Source: an uncultured Haloferula sp. (GTDB lineage Bacteria > Verrucomicrobiota > Verrucomicrobiia > Verrucomicrobiales > Akkermansiaceae). From it: a stretch of DNA of 64,000 nt. The notes under the pieces are model-generated. The model was given only the letters and a program-made list of their open reading frames with translations. It was not told the DNA's origin and searched no databases. Of this stretch, positions 43,034 to 53,559 are shown in pieces (position 1 is the stretch's first letter; each line of letters begins with the position of its first letter). The stretch lies in contig CBFGTS010000003.1 of NCBI GenBank assembly GCA_965652295.1, forward strand, positions 128,001-192,000, in the 5' to 3' direction. A program made the translations under genes and the position numbers.

Positions 43034-43988
43034 TTCCTCCTGCGGATCCAGCTGCGGCTGCAAGGACGGCAGTGGCCGCGACGACTCCCTCTTTTCGCGG
43101 CGCAACCTGCTCAAGGGCGGAGCCATGACCCTCGGCGCGGCAGCCTTCGCCAAGGCACTCTCGCCGCTCGCTCACTGGACTCGCGAGGAAACCTCCGTCG
43201 AGGAGTTCCTTCAGAAACACTACCGCGAGTTGACCAAGATCGACCTCGAACTGGTCCTCAAGCGTCTCGAGAAGGACACCAAGGAAAACTACGGTGCCGA
43301 CGTCACCATCACCGACCACCGGCCGCAGAAGGGCGTCAAATTCGGCTATGCGCTCAATCTAAGCATCTGCATCGGCTGCCGCCGCTGCGCCGAGGCCTGC
43401 CACCACGAGAACAACCACGACCGCGACACCAGCAATTCGTACATCCGCGTCCTTGAGATGACCAAGGGGTCGATGGACATGGAGAAGGGCAACGTCCACT
43501 ACGACCATCCGGTCCCCCACCCCGACAAGTTCTATATGCCGGTCCAGTGCCAGCAGTGCGACAACCCGCCCTGCGTCGACGTCTGCCCGGTCGAAGCAAC
43601 CTGGAAAGAGGAGGACGGCATCGTGGTGGTCGATTACAACTGGTGCATCGGTTGCCGTTACTGCGAGGCCGCCTGCCCCTATCACGCCCGCCGTTTCAAT
43701 TGGAAAAAACCGGTGGTGCCCAAGGACGAGATCAACCCGAACCAATCCTACCTCAGCAACCGCATCCGCCCGCAGGGCGTGATGGAAAAATGCACTTTCT
43801 GCCTACACCGGACCCGCGAGGGCCGCATGCCCGCCTGCCTCGAGGCCTGCCCGACCGGTGCCCGCGTTTTCGGCAACCTGCTCGATCCCGACTCCGAGAT
43901 CCGCAAGGTCATCGACACCAAGCGGGTCTTCGTTCTCAAGGAGGAACTCGGAACCCGGCCCAGCTTCTTCTATTTCTTCGACGAATAG
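43026..43988 (+). CDS. NrfC/DsrO-like Tat-exported 4Fe-4S protein
   Basis: SRRNLLK; CIGCRRC, CQQCDNPPCV.VCP, CIGCRYCEAACPY and EKCTFC. Confidence 0.9.
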   Translation: MNDSSCGSSCGCKDGSGRDDSLFSRRNLLKGGAMTLGAAAFAKALSPLAHWTREETSVEEFLQKHYRELTKIDLELVLKRLEKDTKENYGADVTITDHRPQKGVKFGYALNLSICIGCRRCAEACHHENNHDRDTSNSYIRVLEMTKGSMDMEKGNVHYDHPVPHPDKFYMPVQCQQCDNPPCVDVCPVEATWKEEDGIVVVDYNWCIGCRYCEAACPYHARRFNWKKPVVPKDEINPNQSYLSNRIRPQGVMEKCTFCLHRTREGRMPACLEACPTGARVFGNLLDPDSEIRKVIDTKRVFVLKEELGTRPSFFYFFDE

Positions 43989-43992
43989 GCTC

Positions 43993-45288
43993 ATGACTCC
44001 GCCCGATGCCGAAACCGCGGACGCGCCCCATCACGACGCACGTTTCCACGCGACCAGCTACCTGAAGTTCCTGCGCCTCGCCTTCCGCCTGGCCACCGAG
44101 GGCAGCTGGCTGTTCTACGTCTGGATGTTTGTACTGACGTGCATCGCGCTCGTTGGCACCCACGCTTGGGCGGTCCAGGTCCGCGACGGCATGGCCGTCA
44201 CCGCCATGACCGATCACGTCTCGTGGGGTCTCTATATCGCGAATTTCACCTTCATCGTCGGCCTCGCCGCCGGCGGCGTGATGATGGTCATACCGGCCTA
44301 CATCTATCACGACCGCGACATGCACGACACGGTCATCATCGGTGAGTTGCTCGCCATCGCGTCGATCGTGATGTGCTTGCTATTCGTGGTCGTCGATCTC
44401 GGCCGGCCCGACCGCTTTTGGCATATCATGCCCTTCCTCGGGAAGTTCAACTGGCCGATTTCAATGCTCACCTGGGACGTCATTGTGCTCAACGGCTATC
44501 TGCTGCTCAATCTGCACATCTGTGGCTATCTGCTCTACAAGCGCTTCCTCGGCGAGGAACCCGACAGGCGTTGGTATGTCCCCTTCGTGTTCCTGAGTAT
44601 CGCTTGGGCGATCTCGATCCACACCGTGACCGCCTTCCTTTACTGCGGTCTCGGCGGGCGCCCGTTCTGGAACACTGCCCTACTCGCCCCGCGTTTCCTG
44701 ACGTCCGCCTTCGTCGCGGGACCGGCCTTCATTGTCGTGGTGCTGCAGATCATCCGTCGGCTGACGAAGATGCGCACCGGCGAGGGTTCGATCCGGACGC
44801 TGATTGGCATCATGCGTATCACGATCCTAATCAACCTAGTGATGCTCGTGTCGGAGATCTTCACTTCCTTTTACACCGGTGGAGCACACGGAGTGTCAGC
44901 CAAATATCTGTTCTTCGGCCACCATGGCCACAGCGCGTTGGTGCCTTGGATGTGGACATCGGTAACATTCAGTGTCGTCGCCGCCATCCTCTTGATGCGT
45001 CCGAAAGTCCACAATCACGTTTGGACGCTCGACATCGCCTGCGCACTGGCTTTCGCGGGCATCTGGATCGAAAAGGGCATGGGCCTGATCATTCCCGGCT
45101 TCATCCCCTCCACCCTTCACGAATGGGTCGAGTATCTCCCAAGCGCCACCGAGTGGAAAATCACCGCCGGCATTTGGGCTGGCGGGCTCATGATCTACAC
45201 CCTGCTTCTGAAGATTGCCATCCCGGTTTTCTCAGGCGAAGCGCGGACAGTTTCAAACTCACCGTTATGTTCGGATACGGAAAAATGA
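43993..45288 (+). CDS. nrfD: NrfD/PsrC-family quinol-interacting membrane subunit
   Basis: WGLYIANFTF, VDLGRPDRFW, SML.WD and SIHTVTAFL. Confidence 0.88.
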   Translation: MTPPDAETADAPHHDARFHATSYLKFLRLAFRLATEGSWLFYVWMFVLTCIALVGTHAWAVQVRDGMAVTAMTDHVSWGLYIANFTFIVGLAAGGVMMVIPAYIYHDRDMHDTVIIGELLAIASIVMCLLFVVVDLGRPDRFWHIMPFLGKFNWPISMLTWDVIVLNGYLLLNLHICGYLLYKRFLGEEPDRRWYVPFVFLSIAWAISIHTVTAFLYCGLGGRPFWNTALLAPRFLTSAFVAGPAFIVVVLQIIRRLTKMRTGEGSIRTLIGIMRITILINLVMLVSEIFTSFYTGGAHGVSAKYLFFGHHGHSALVPWMWTSVTFSVVAAILLMRPKVHNHVWTLDIACALAFAGIWIEKGMGLIIPGFIPSTLHEWVEYLPSATEWKITAGIWAGGLMIYTLLLKIAIPVFSGEARTVSNSPLCSDTEK

Positions 45289-45698
45289 GCGGCTGCGCGG
45301 TCGCCTCGATGAGTTCTCTCGCGGAAGTATACCCGACTGGGATTACTCTGAACTCACACCAGATTGCCAAAAACCGGAACCTCTCCCAACCCGTGATTGG
45401 GAAAGTGATGACGGTGCTGTCGCAGCACGGCTTCGTGCACGGAACTCGGGGCCCCGGCGGGGGCTACCGGCTGGCTCGCGATCCTTCGACCATTACGATC
45501 TATGAAATCGTCGAGCTGTTCGAAGGCCATCGCGACTCCAGCTCCTGTCCCTTCGGCCCTGGCTGGTGCGGAGTCGGCGAACCCTGCCCGCTTCACGACG
45601 CGCTCGCGGCGATGAGCGAGTCCGCTGCCCAGACGCTTCGGGACATCACTTTCGCCGCATTTGTCGATCATCCCAAACAGTCGGCAGCTTCCGACTAG
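45267..45698 (+). CDS. Rrf2-family regulator (second copy)
   Basis: RGPGGGYRLAR and CPFG..WC...PCPLHD. Confidence 0.88.
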   Translation: MFGYGKMSGCAVASMSSLAEVYPTGITLNSHQIAKNRNLSQPVIGKVMTVLSQHGFVHGTRGPGGGYRLARDPSTITIYEIVELFEGHRDSSSCPFGPGWCGVGEPCPLHDALAAMSESAAQTLRDITFAAFVDHPKQSAASD

Positions 45699-46030
45699 CT
45701 TTTGAAACAAAGGCCCGTTAAACGATTTTTCTTGGTCGTCTCATTCACCGCCCTCAGTTCGGTCTAACCTATATCTCCATCGATTCAGCCACCCCAGCCA
45801 TGGCTGAACTCTCGATCAAGTCGGCGCTGAAGTCGCACCCCATTTCAATACAATGACGCTTGGTCCGGGCAACCCGGTCCATCCTCCGCACACAGATTTC
45901 GACACCGCCGATAGGGGCGATCGCACATTTTGGAGAGACAATCCTGAGGCTTGGTCAGCCGAATTCATCCCCTCTGAACGAAGGGAAAGCAACCCAACTG
46001 GCGTGAGGTAGGTGCCAACGGCGATCTGCT

Positions 46031-46702
46031 TCATTCCCTTTCGAAACGGAAACCCTTCAGGCGGCGGCCCAAACCCTTGAGTCGGGGCAGATGGGGGGGC
46101 AACTCGTTGTAGCCGCCGGACAGGAGATTTCCGAGAATCCCTCCCAGCAGGAAATCGGCGAATACCGGCTCGTCTCCCAACAGGAACGGATTGACCGAAA
46201 CCATGCCCTCCAACGGACGCAGCAGTTCGGCGGACTTCTGCAGGATCGACTCTCGGTCCTGACTCCACAGATCCACGCAGCCCCGGCCGAACTTCCGTTC
46301 TTTGTGCCGCACGATCATGCCTCGCTCGGCAACATCTTCGACCGCATCGATGAAAAATGGATCGTAAGCCCGGAAGGTGACGCCTTCGACTTCGTTCTCT
46401 AGGTAGCGGATCACCAGATCGTGGACACCCCACAACCTGTCAGGAAACAGCCGTCCTAGGGCGAAGACTCTGTCGATGTATCGCGCGATGTCCTGACTGT
46501 CGCCTCCCGACTCGAACACCACCCTCTCTCCGTGCACCAGCACCGGAACCTCGTAGCAGGCACCTCCGGTCAAACGGAGCACGCTGCTGCGGTCGGCAAC
46601 AGACACCTCGCGTCGCTCGAAAGGAACCTCCAGAGACCCGAGGGCGGTCTCGATGGCGATACAAAAGGGACTATGGGCGAACCCGTGGACTTCGACATTC
46701 AT
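46031..46702 (-). CDS. Glutathione S-transferase-family protein
   Basis: HSPFC, VPVL, DS.DIARY and FLLG.EP.FAD. Confidence 0.82.
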   Translation of the reverse strand: MNVEVHGFAHSPFCIAIETALGSLEVPFERREVSVADRSSVLRLTGGACYEVPVLVHGERVVFESGGDSQDIARYIDRVFALGRLFPDRLWGVHDLVIRYLENEVEGVTFRAYDPFFIDAVEDVAERGMIVRHKERKFGRGCVDLWSQDRESILQKSAELLRPLEGMVSVNPFLLGDEPVFADFLLGGILGNLLSGGYNELPPHLPRLKGLGRRLKGFRFERE

Positions 46703-46785
46703 AGCGTGGGAGGCCGATGAGCCGCCCTCATCGGCGCGACAAGCCGCTTGCATAATATCGCACTACGACATAATGCAAGCGCCGG

Positions 46786-47211
46786 ATGTCCAAATTCCGC
46801 AAGAAACTTACCGACGGCGACTACAATCGTCTCGCGAACTTCCGCTTCGCCCTGCGCCGCTTCCTTGAGTTCAGCGCCGCGGCCGCCCGCACCGAAGGGC
46901 TCACACCCCGCCAGCACCAGGCGATGCTGGCGATCCGGGGCAGCGAGCACGCGCGTGCCAGCGTGGGACACCTCGCCGAACGCCTCTGCCTCAAACCGAA
47001 CACGGCGGCGGAACTGGCCAAGCGTTTGGAGGCTGGCGGGTGGATCACCCGTACGCCCGACAAAGCCGATCGGCGGGTGGTCGTTCTAGAGCTGACACCC
47101 TCTGCGAGGGGAATTCTCGAACGCCTGAGCCATGCGCATCGTCGAGAACTGCGTCAGATAGGTCCGGAGATCGCCGCACTTTTCCAATCCCTTTCCGAGG
47201 AGGTCGAATGA
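46786..47211 (+). CDS. MarR-family regulator
   Basis: FRFALRRFL, GLTPRQHQ and DRRVV..ELT. Confidence 0.88.
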   Translation: MSKFRKKLTDGDYNRLANFRFALRRFLEFSAAAARTEGLTPRQHQAMLAIRGSEHARASVGHLAERLCLKPNTAAELAKRLEAGGWITRTPDKADRRVVVLELTPSARGILERLSHAHRRELRQIGPEIAALFQSLSEEVE

Positions 47212-48965
47212 GAAAATCCGCATGGGAGCGCTTTCGGCTGCCCCTCGTGGCGATGCCGGTCGGAGTGGCCGTCGCCGTGGGAGGCGTTGCCCTACTCCAG
47301 TTGATCCATCTGATCTCCAATCTTTCGTTCCGCGGAGCGTTCTCTGTGCATGAGATGCCTCCCACTTTCACGCGGTTGGGTTGGCTGGCGATCTTCGTGC
47401 CGGCGGCCGGTGGTCTCGTCATCGGACTCATCGCACGATTTGTAAGTCCCGAAATCCGAGGTCATGGCATCCCCGAAGCCATGCAGGGCGTGGTCATGAA
47501 TCAAAGCCGAATCCCGCTCAAGGTAGCGATTCTCAAGCCATTGGCCACGGCGCTCTCCATCGGTACCGGAGGCCCGTTCGGAGCGGAAGGTCCGATCATC
47601 GCCACCGGCGGCGGGATTGGATCACTGGCAGGCCAGTGGATTCCGCACCCTCATGCGGAGCGCAAAGTATTGCTCGCCGCGGGGGCCGCTGCCGGGATGA
47701 CCGCGGTGTTCGGTACACCCTTGGCTGGCGTCCTGCTGGCGGTCGAGTTGTTGCTCTTTGAGTTCCGTGCCCGCAGTTTGCTGCCGGTCGCGATGGCGGC
47801 CGGAACCGCGATGGCGGTGCGCGGTCTCCTCAACCAGCCGTTCCCCATGCTACCATTGCCGGCACCGGAGGCCCCGGGACCCGCCATTGCCCTCGGCTCG
47901 ATCCTAATTGGAATCGTGTGCGGAGCCTTGGGCGCGGGCATGACGGTGGCGCTTCACGGAATCGAGCACCTCTATGAGCGTTTGCCCATCCCGCGGGTCT
48001 GGTGGCCGGCCATCGGTGGATTGTTGGTCGGCGTGATCGGATGGATTGATCCGAGGACATTGGGTTCCGGATATTTCAATCTGCGCGCCTTGTTGGATGG
48101 CGACATGGTGGTTCCAGCGATCGTGACTTTGGCTATTCTGAAATTCCTCTCATGGTCGCTCTACCTCGGCAGCGGCACCGCCGGAGGCACGCTGGCTCCG
48201 GTCATGACAGTTGGAGGGGCCGCAGCCGCCCTACTGGCTCATGCATTGACCGGTATTCCCGCGCTGGCGGACCTTCCCGTCGGCATCGCCGCCTTGATCG
48301 GCATGGCCGCCGTGTTCGCTGGAATGTCCCGAGCCTTCCTCGCCTCGGTCGCCTTCGCCTTCGAGGCAACGCATTCCACCTCCACCTTCGGCCCGCTGCT
48401 CCTCGGCTGTGCGTTCGCGGTGCTGGTATCGCGGCTTCTGATGAAGGAGTCGATCATGACCGAAAAAATGGCCCGCCAGGGAGTGCGTGTTCCGGAGGAC
48501 TATGAACCTGACGTGCTCGCCACAACCACGGTGGAAGCGGTGATGAACCGCAATCCCCACACCATTCCGCCCGACTTTCCGCTTGATCGGCTTCTCGACG
48601 AAACCCTCAACGCCCCCCATCAGGTCCGTCTCTTCCCGATGGTGGCCGAGGACCGGACTCTGCTCGGTGTGGTCTCCCGTGCGGACCTTCTTAAGGCCGC
48701 GTGCTCCGACAACGACGCAAGCGCAGGCGACCTGGCGAACCGCCGACCGTTCACGGCTCACCCCGACGAATCATTGGCCGCCGCCGCGGACCGGATGCTG
48801 ATTCATGGAGTGGGACGACTCCCCGTGGTGTCGCGGGGCGCGCAACCCGTGCTCGTTGGGCTGATCTCCCGGAAGGAAATCCTCGGAGCCCGGTGGCGGC
48901 GCCTCGTTGAAGAGCACGACCTTGCGGCTCCAGCATCCTCGCCCACTTCTCATCCCCCTGCATGA
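47208..48965 (+). CDS. ClC-family anion channel/transporter with CBS pair
   Basis: GHGIP, GAEGP, GGTLAP and C-terminal CBS domains. Confidence 0.9.
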   Translation: MRKSAWERFRLPLVAMPVGVAVAVGGVALLQLIHLISNLSFRGAFSVHEMPPTFTRLGWLAIFVPAAGGLVIGLIARFVSPEIRGHGIPEAMQGVVMNQSRIPLKVAILKPLATALSIGTGGPFGAEGPIIATGGGIGSLAGQWIPHPHAERKVLLAAGAAAGMTAVFGTPLAGVLLAVELLLFEFRARSLLPVAMAAGTAMAVRGLLNQPFPMLPLPAPEAPGPAIALGSILIGIVCGALGAGMTVALHGIEHLYERLPIPRVWWPAIGGLLVGVIGWIDPRTLGSGYFNLRALLDGDMVVPAIVTLAILKFLSWSLYLGSGTAGGTLAPVMTVGGAAAALLAHALTGIPALADLPVGIAALIGMAAVFAGMSRAFLASVAFAFEATHSTSTFGPLLLGCAFAVLVSRLLMKESIMTEKMARQGVRVPEDYEPDVLATTTVEAVMNRNPHTIPPDFPLDRLLDETLNAPHQVRLFPMVAEDRTLLGVVSRADLLKAACSDNDASAGDLANRRPFTAHPDESLAAAADRMLIHGVGRLPVVSRGAQPVLVGLISRKEILGARWRRLVEEHDLAAPASSPTSHPPA

Positions 48966-49043
48966 TTCGCCAGTTCCCGCGCGGCCTCCTCATCCCGTGG
49001 CGAATCCAACTCAACACCTCAACGCTCACCTACTCCACGTCCG

Positions 49044-50330
49044 ATGACTGAACAAGCCACCCAATTCTTCCTCCAGATGGCCGTGATTCTCTTGGCATGC
49101 CGCTGGGTGGGAGCGCTCGCCCAACGACTCGGCCAGCCGCAGGTGGTGGGCGAAATGATCGCCGGCGTGTTACTAGGACCCTCATTACTGGGGTGGATCT
49201 TACCGCAGACGACCGACCTGGTTTTCACAAGCGAATCCCGCGGCATCCTCTATGCCGGCGCACAGCTCGGAGTGGGCCTCTACATGTTTCTGGTCGGGCT
49301 CGAGTTCAGGACGGATCATTTCCGGGCCAGGGCCAGGAGCGCCGTAAGCGTCTCCCTCGCGGGGATGGCGGTGCCCTTCGCTCTCGGCGCGCTCCTCGTG
49401 CTCTGGCTGCGCCACGTGCCCGGCCTTTTTTCACCCGACCTCCGCTACTTCGAGGGTGCCTTGTTCATGGGCGCGTCGATCGCCATCACCGCCTTTCCCA
49501 TGCTGGCGAGAATCATCTCCGAACGCGGACTCGCCGGAACCTCGCTCGGCACGCTCGCGCTCTCGGCCGGTGCGATCGACGACGCCGCCGCCTGGGCCCT
49601 ACTTGCGGTCGTGCTTTCGACCTTCGGCGCTTCCCAGCCTGTGGAAATCGGTAATCTGAAAATTGGTGCCGAGATCGTCGCCATCGGAGGAGCTCTCGTC
49701 TACGGCGTCGTGGTGCTCACCGTCGGTCGAAAGATGCTCGCCGTGTTTGGCCGACAGGCCGAGAGATCCGGCGGAGTGAGCCAGCCAGCTCTCGCGACCA
49801 TCCTCGCCCTCTTCTGCCTGGCCGCTTGGTATGCCGACACCATCGGCGTGCACGCCGTCTTCGGCGGCTTCATCCTCGGAATTGCCATGCCTCGCGGTGT
49901 TCTGGCCGCAGACTTGAAGCAGAAGCTACAGCCGATGTGCGTCGTATTCCTGCTCCCCATGTTTTTCACCTTCTCGGGTCTCAACACCCGGCTCGGACTC
50001 CTCGTTTCTCCCGGCCTGATCCTGGTCGGTCTGGCGGTGCTGGCGGCTTCGGTTGTGGGCAAGGGCGTCGCCTGCTGGGCCGCCGCCCGGCTCAATGGCG
50101 AGGACAACGCCACCGCGATGGCGGTCGGCACCTTGATGAACGCTCGCGGGCTGATGGAATTGATCATCATCAACATCGGGCTCGAACGAGGTATCATCGG
50201 AGAATCGCTGTTCTCGATTCTCGTCCTAATGGCCATCGTCACCACCCTGATGACCAGTCCCCTCTTCGAAGCCGTCTACGGGCGCAAGAAGCGCGAAGCA
50301 GAATTCCCCGTTTTGCCCTCCGATGCCTGA
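49044..50330 (+). CDS. CPA2 cation:proton antiporter
   Basis: QPQVVGEMIAG..LGPS, ITAFP.LARI, IDD and MNARGLMELI. Confidence 0.92.
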   Translation: MTEQATQFFLQMAVILLACRWVGALAQRLGQPQVVGEMIAGVLLGPSLLGWILPQTTDLVFTSESRGILYAGAQLGVGLYMFLVGLEFRTDHFRARARSAVSVSLAGMAVPFALGALLVLWLRHVPGLFSPDLRYFEGALFMGASIAITAFPMLARIISERGLAGTSLGTLALSAGAIDDAAAWALLAVVLSTFGASQPVEIGNLKIGAEIVAIGGALVYGVVVLTVGRKMLAVFGRQAERSGGVSQPALATILALFCLAAWYADTIGVHAVFGGFILGIAMPRGVLAADLKQKLQPMCVVFLLPMFFTFSGLNTRLGLLVSPGLILVGLAVLAASVVGKGVACWAAARLNGEDNATAMAVGTLMNARGLMELIIINIGLERGIIGESLFSILVLMAIVTTLMTSPLFEAVYGRKKREAEFPVLPSDA

Positions 50331-50346
50331 GCGCGAGTATCTGCCA

Positions 50347-50787
50347 TCACACCTCGGGATCCGGCATGGAACACGGCGGACTCGCGCAGCCGCCCGATTC
50401 CCCGTGCGCCGAAGGCAGTTCCTCAAGCGCTTCGATCACCAGTTCCCGCAGTACGGAGCGATGGCAACTTGCCTCATCCTCACAAAAACATCCAAGATGC
50501 AGCGGGAGACGGAGGGCTGTCGCGGCCAGGAAGGTGATAACGTGTCGCGCATCGGGTTGTCGCATTTCAGCGCGATACCGGCGAAAGAATTGAGCCGTCG
50601 AATACACCCCATGCTGGTAGCTTCGCACCAGTTCGGAACTCGGAGCGAGAATCGGAAGCCAAACATCGAAAAAGCCTCCCGACACATAGGCTTCCTTCCG
50701 AATTCCCCTGGGCACCTGCCGGGCCACCCCGACGCAGAGCCCTTCCAGATTCTGACACGTCCCATAAGTGTAGCTGCCGACGACCAT
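50347..50787 (-). CDS. DUF488-family protein
   Basis: PRGIRKE, LAPSSEL, F.RRY..EM and C.CEDE..CHRS.L. Confidence 0.8.
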   Translation of the reverse strand: MVVGSYTYGTCQNLEGLCVGVARQVPRGIRKEAYVSGGFFDVWLPILAPSSELVRSYQHGVYSTAQFFRRYRAEMRQPDARHVITFLAATALRLPLHLGCFCEDEASCHRSVLRELVIEALEELPSAHGESGGCASPPCSMPDPEV

Positions 50788-50882
50788 GTTTTCCTATTTT
50801 AGCCACACGTCTCGACCCGGCAATGTTTCACTCCTTCCGCGAAGGGATTGTTCTCCCAACCTCCTTTGACTCCACTCGTCCC

Positions 50883-52067
50883 ATGAAAAACCCACGCTTC
50901 GCGATCGATACCCGATGCGCTCATGCCGGCTCCAATATCGAAGACGGCACGAATCCACCCTTCCAAGCCGCCATCGCCCAAACCAGCCTCTTCCGGCTCG
51001 GCACCTCAGTCGCAGCCGAAGCGATCTTTTCCGGCAACTCCCCTGGCTTCGCCTATACCCGTTTCGGCAATCCTACCGTCGATCATTTCGCAGAGTGCAT
51101 CGCCGAGCTCGAGGGCGGGAGCAACGCTTTGATCACGAGCTCGGGAAACGCCGCCGTGCTCTGTGCCGTGACCGCCGCCATTTCAGGTCGGTCCGGGCCT
51201 CTTGTCACTCATCCCGGTATCTACGGTGGAAGCTTCGAGTTGCTTCGCCTCCTAGCGGAAACCTACGCCCTCCCGGTGAACACCGTGGATCCTCGCGAAC
51301 CGACCAAGTGGCGAGAGGCCCTGCAGAACGCAGGAGCGGTTCTGATCGAGACTCCCTCAAATCCGCTGATGCGCCTGATCGACATTGCCGATGTGGTGCA
51401 CCAGGCCCGCAAAGCGAAGGCTCCGGTGATCGTCGACAACACGGTCGCGACGCCCTTCAACCAACGTCCGTTCGAGTGGGGTGCAGACTGGGTCATTCAT
51501 TCAACCTCGAAATACCTCAATGGTCACTCCGACCTGATCGGCGGTGCCGTCGTCAAGCGTCTGCCACTCAATGAACGGGACCGCCGCATCCACAAGAACC
51601 TTGGCGGCACGGTCAACGCGTTAGACGCTTGGCTCGGCATGAGGGGACTCCGAACTTTCGCGCTGCGAATGCGTCAACACAACCGCAATGGAGAAGCAGT
51701 CGCGGAATGGCTCGGTGGGCACCCCGAAGTTCAAGCCGTTCACTACCCGGGTTTAGAAGACGGCGGACAACGGGAAACCAGAGAACGCCAGATGCGGCAT
51801 CCGGGCTCTCTGCTTTCCTTCGAACTCAAGGGCGGCGAGCAAGCCGCGACTCGGTTCATCGACAGGCTCCGCCTCATCGTCCATGCAGTGAGCCTCGGCG
51901 GCATGGAAAGCCTCGTCACACGACCTGCCGGATCGAGCCACAGCGGCATGACAGAGAAAGCCCGCACCGCGGCAGGCATTTCCGCCGGATTGATCCGACT
52001 TTCTGTTGGCACGGAGGACATTGATGACATCATCGCGGATCTTTCGCTTTCTCTGGCTGCTCCCTGA
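50883..52067 (+). CDS. PLP-dependent trans-sulfuration enzyme (Met gamma-lyase/cystathionine gamma-synthase family)
   Basis: YTRFGNPT, ETPSNP, VDNT.ATP, HSTSKYLNGHSD, SLGG.ESL and IRLSVG.ED. Confidence 0.92.
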   Translation: MKNPRFAIDTRCAHAGSNIEDGTNPPFQAAIAQTSLFRLGTSVAAEAIFSGNSPGFAYTRFGNPTVDHFAECIAELEGGSNALITSSGNAAVLCAVTAAISGRSGPLVTHPGIYGGSFELLRLLAETYALPVNTVDPREPTKWREALQNAGAVLIETPSNPLMRLIDIADVVHQARKAKAPVIVDNTVATPFNQRPFEWGADWVIHSTSKYLNGHSDLIGGAVVKRLPLNERDRRIHKNLGGTVNALDAWLGMRGLRTFALRMRQHNRNGEAVAEWLGGHPEVQAVHYPGLEDGGQRETRERQMRHPGSLLSFELKGGEQAATRFIDRLRLIVHAVSLGGMESLVTRPAGSSHSGMTEKARTAAGISAGLIRLSVGTEDIDDIIADLSLSLAAP

Positions 52068-52289
52068 AATCAGGGCCGCTGCATACTACTCAAAGTGGCG
52101 CACATCCTGCGGCGTCAACCGAAGCTGGAATCGCTTGCCTGATGGAATTCCGGCGGTCCTCTTTCGATCGAGCAACGAGTCGTCGACAACCGGTGCAATT
52201 CGCGGCCGGAAAAGGTCATAAGATGATGACGGACGCCCTTTAGGCGGCCCTGTCCTCCCACGGATTCCCTTCGATTCGACGGGCTGCCC

Positions 52290-52571
52290 GTGCCCTCCTC
52301 ACTCCACATCTCAATGCTCATGCTCAATCCATTCGTCCTCTACCACCTTTCGAAACCCATTCACGTTCAAAGAAGGTCAGTAACTTCACTCCTGATTCCT
52401 GCCGTCTCGCTGACCCTGATCTACGGGTCCTGCTCGGAGGCTCCTCCCGATCCTCCGCCGCCAGCCCGCGTAACCGATACGAAGCCTGTCGGTGATGGGC
52501 TCAAGGTGATCGGCTATGCGCTGCTGGGCAGCGCGATCGTGCTTGTCCTTGGTTCGATGAGCCGACGGTGA
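52290..52571 (+). CDS. Small membrane protein; start uncertain
   Basis: Hydrophobic segment, SCSEAPPDPPPP and C-terminal TM helix. Confidence 0.45.
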   Translation: MPSSLHISMLMLNPFVLYHLSKPIHVQRRSVTSLLIPAVSLTLIYGSCSEAPPDPPPPARVTDTKPVGDGLKVIGYALLGSAIVLVLGSMSRR

Positions 52572-52588
52572 ACCCAAGCTCCACGCCC

Positions 52589-52738
52589 ATGAACCCTGTG
52601 TTCTACCTCAAGGTCTTCGCTTGGATCGCGATCACCGGTCTCTGCTGCATAATCTTCAACGACTCATGGCTGCCGATTCTCATCGGGACGGTGGTTCTGA
52701 CGGTCGTCATCACCATGATCACGCCACGCCGAGACTGA
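52589..52738 (+). CDS. 49-aa two-TM protein (below the ORF-track cutoff)
   Basis: MNPVFYLKVFAWIAITGLCCIIFNDSWLPILIGTVVLTVVITMITPRRD; fits between its neighbours. Confidence 0.55.
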   Translation: MNPVFYLKVFAWIAITGLCCIIFNDSWLPILIGTVVLTVVITMITPRRD

Positions 52739-52752
52739 GCCCTCTCTGATCC

Positions 52753-52959
52753 ATGCCTCGCACCTTGTATTCCCCCCGTTTGTCGGACGACGTCGTGCGC
52801 TCTCTCTATCGGGAGGGCAAGCGACGGCGAATGCCGATGACCCGGCTTGCCGATGAACTGCTTCGGCAGGCGCTGGGTTCCACTCCGGAGCTTCACGCTC
52901 TGGAGGACGAACCCGTCCCACGGGCTCACGCCCGTCTCCTCCAACGCGGAGCCGCCTGA
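52753..52959 (+). CDS. Small ribbon-helix-helix-like protein
   Basis: LYSPRLSDDVVRSLYREGKRRRMPMTRLADELLRQAL. Confidence 0.7.
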   Translation: MPRTLYSPRLSDDVVRSLYREGKRRRMPMTRLADELLRQALGSTPELHALEDEPVPRAHARLLQRGAA

Positions 52960-53055
52960 GGTTCTGCTCTCCCACACCCCCTGCGTCACGATGAAGCCCG
53001 GCAACGCGCCGGGCTTCGTCGTTTCCAACCCCTCAACTCCCAACCCCATCCCCCT

Positions 53056-53559
53056 ATGGCCATCAAACTGATCGCAAACTACAGCAAACGCCTGGGCCTC
53101 CCGGGCTACTCGAGCCACCAGTTCAGCGTCTCCGTGGAGGCTGAGCTGGTGAAGACGGACGACGTCCCGGCGGAAGCCGAACGCCTCTACCAGCTCCTTC
53201 AGACGAACGTCGATGAGCAGATCCAATCCACGGGTTTTGTCCCTCCCGGTGACTATGGGATGCAGAATCCATCCGCCGACCCGCACCCACCCGAGCCGTC
53301 TCCAAATGGAGACAACTGGAAATGCTCTGAGAAGCAGCGGGATCTCATTCTGCGGATCGTCGACGAGCACTCGCTCGACAAGAACGAGATCGACCACCTC
53401 GCCCGCCAACGCTTCGGCAAAGGTGTGCGGCAACTCAACAAGATCGAGGCCAGCGGCCTCATTGACGAACTGATCGACACCCATGGTGGCGGGCAACGGC
53501 GGACCAATGGACGTCGCGCCGCCTACGCCGGGACTCAGAACCAAGGAGGTCGTGCATGA
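53056..53559 (+). CDS. Hypothetical mobile-element protein
   Basis: NYSKRLGLPGYSSHQFS...SEKQ...EASGLIDEL; coupled to the nuclease gene. Confidence 0.8.
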   Translation: MAIKLIANYSKRLGLPGYSSHQFSVSVEAELVKTDDVPAEAERLYQLLQTNVDEQIQSTGFVPPGDYGMQNPSADPHPPEPSPNGDNWKCSEKQRDLILRIVDEHSLDKNEIDHLARQRFGKGVRQLNKIEASGLIDELIDTHGGGQRRTNGRRAAYAGTQNQGGRA

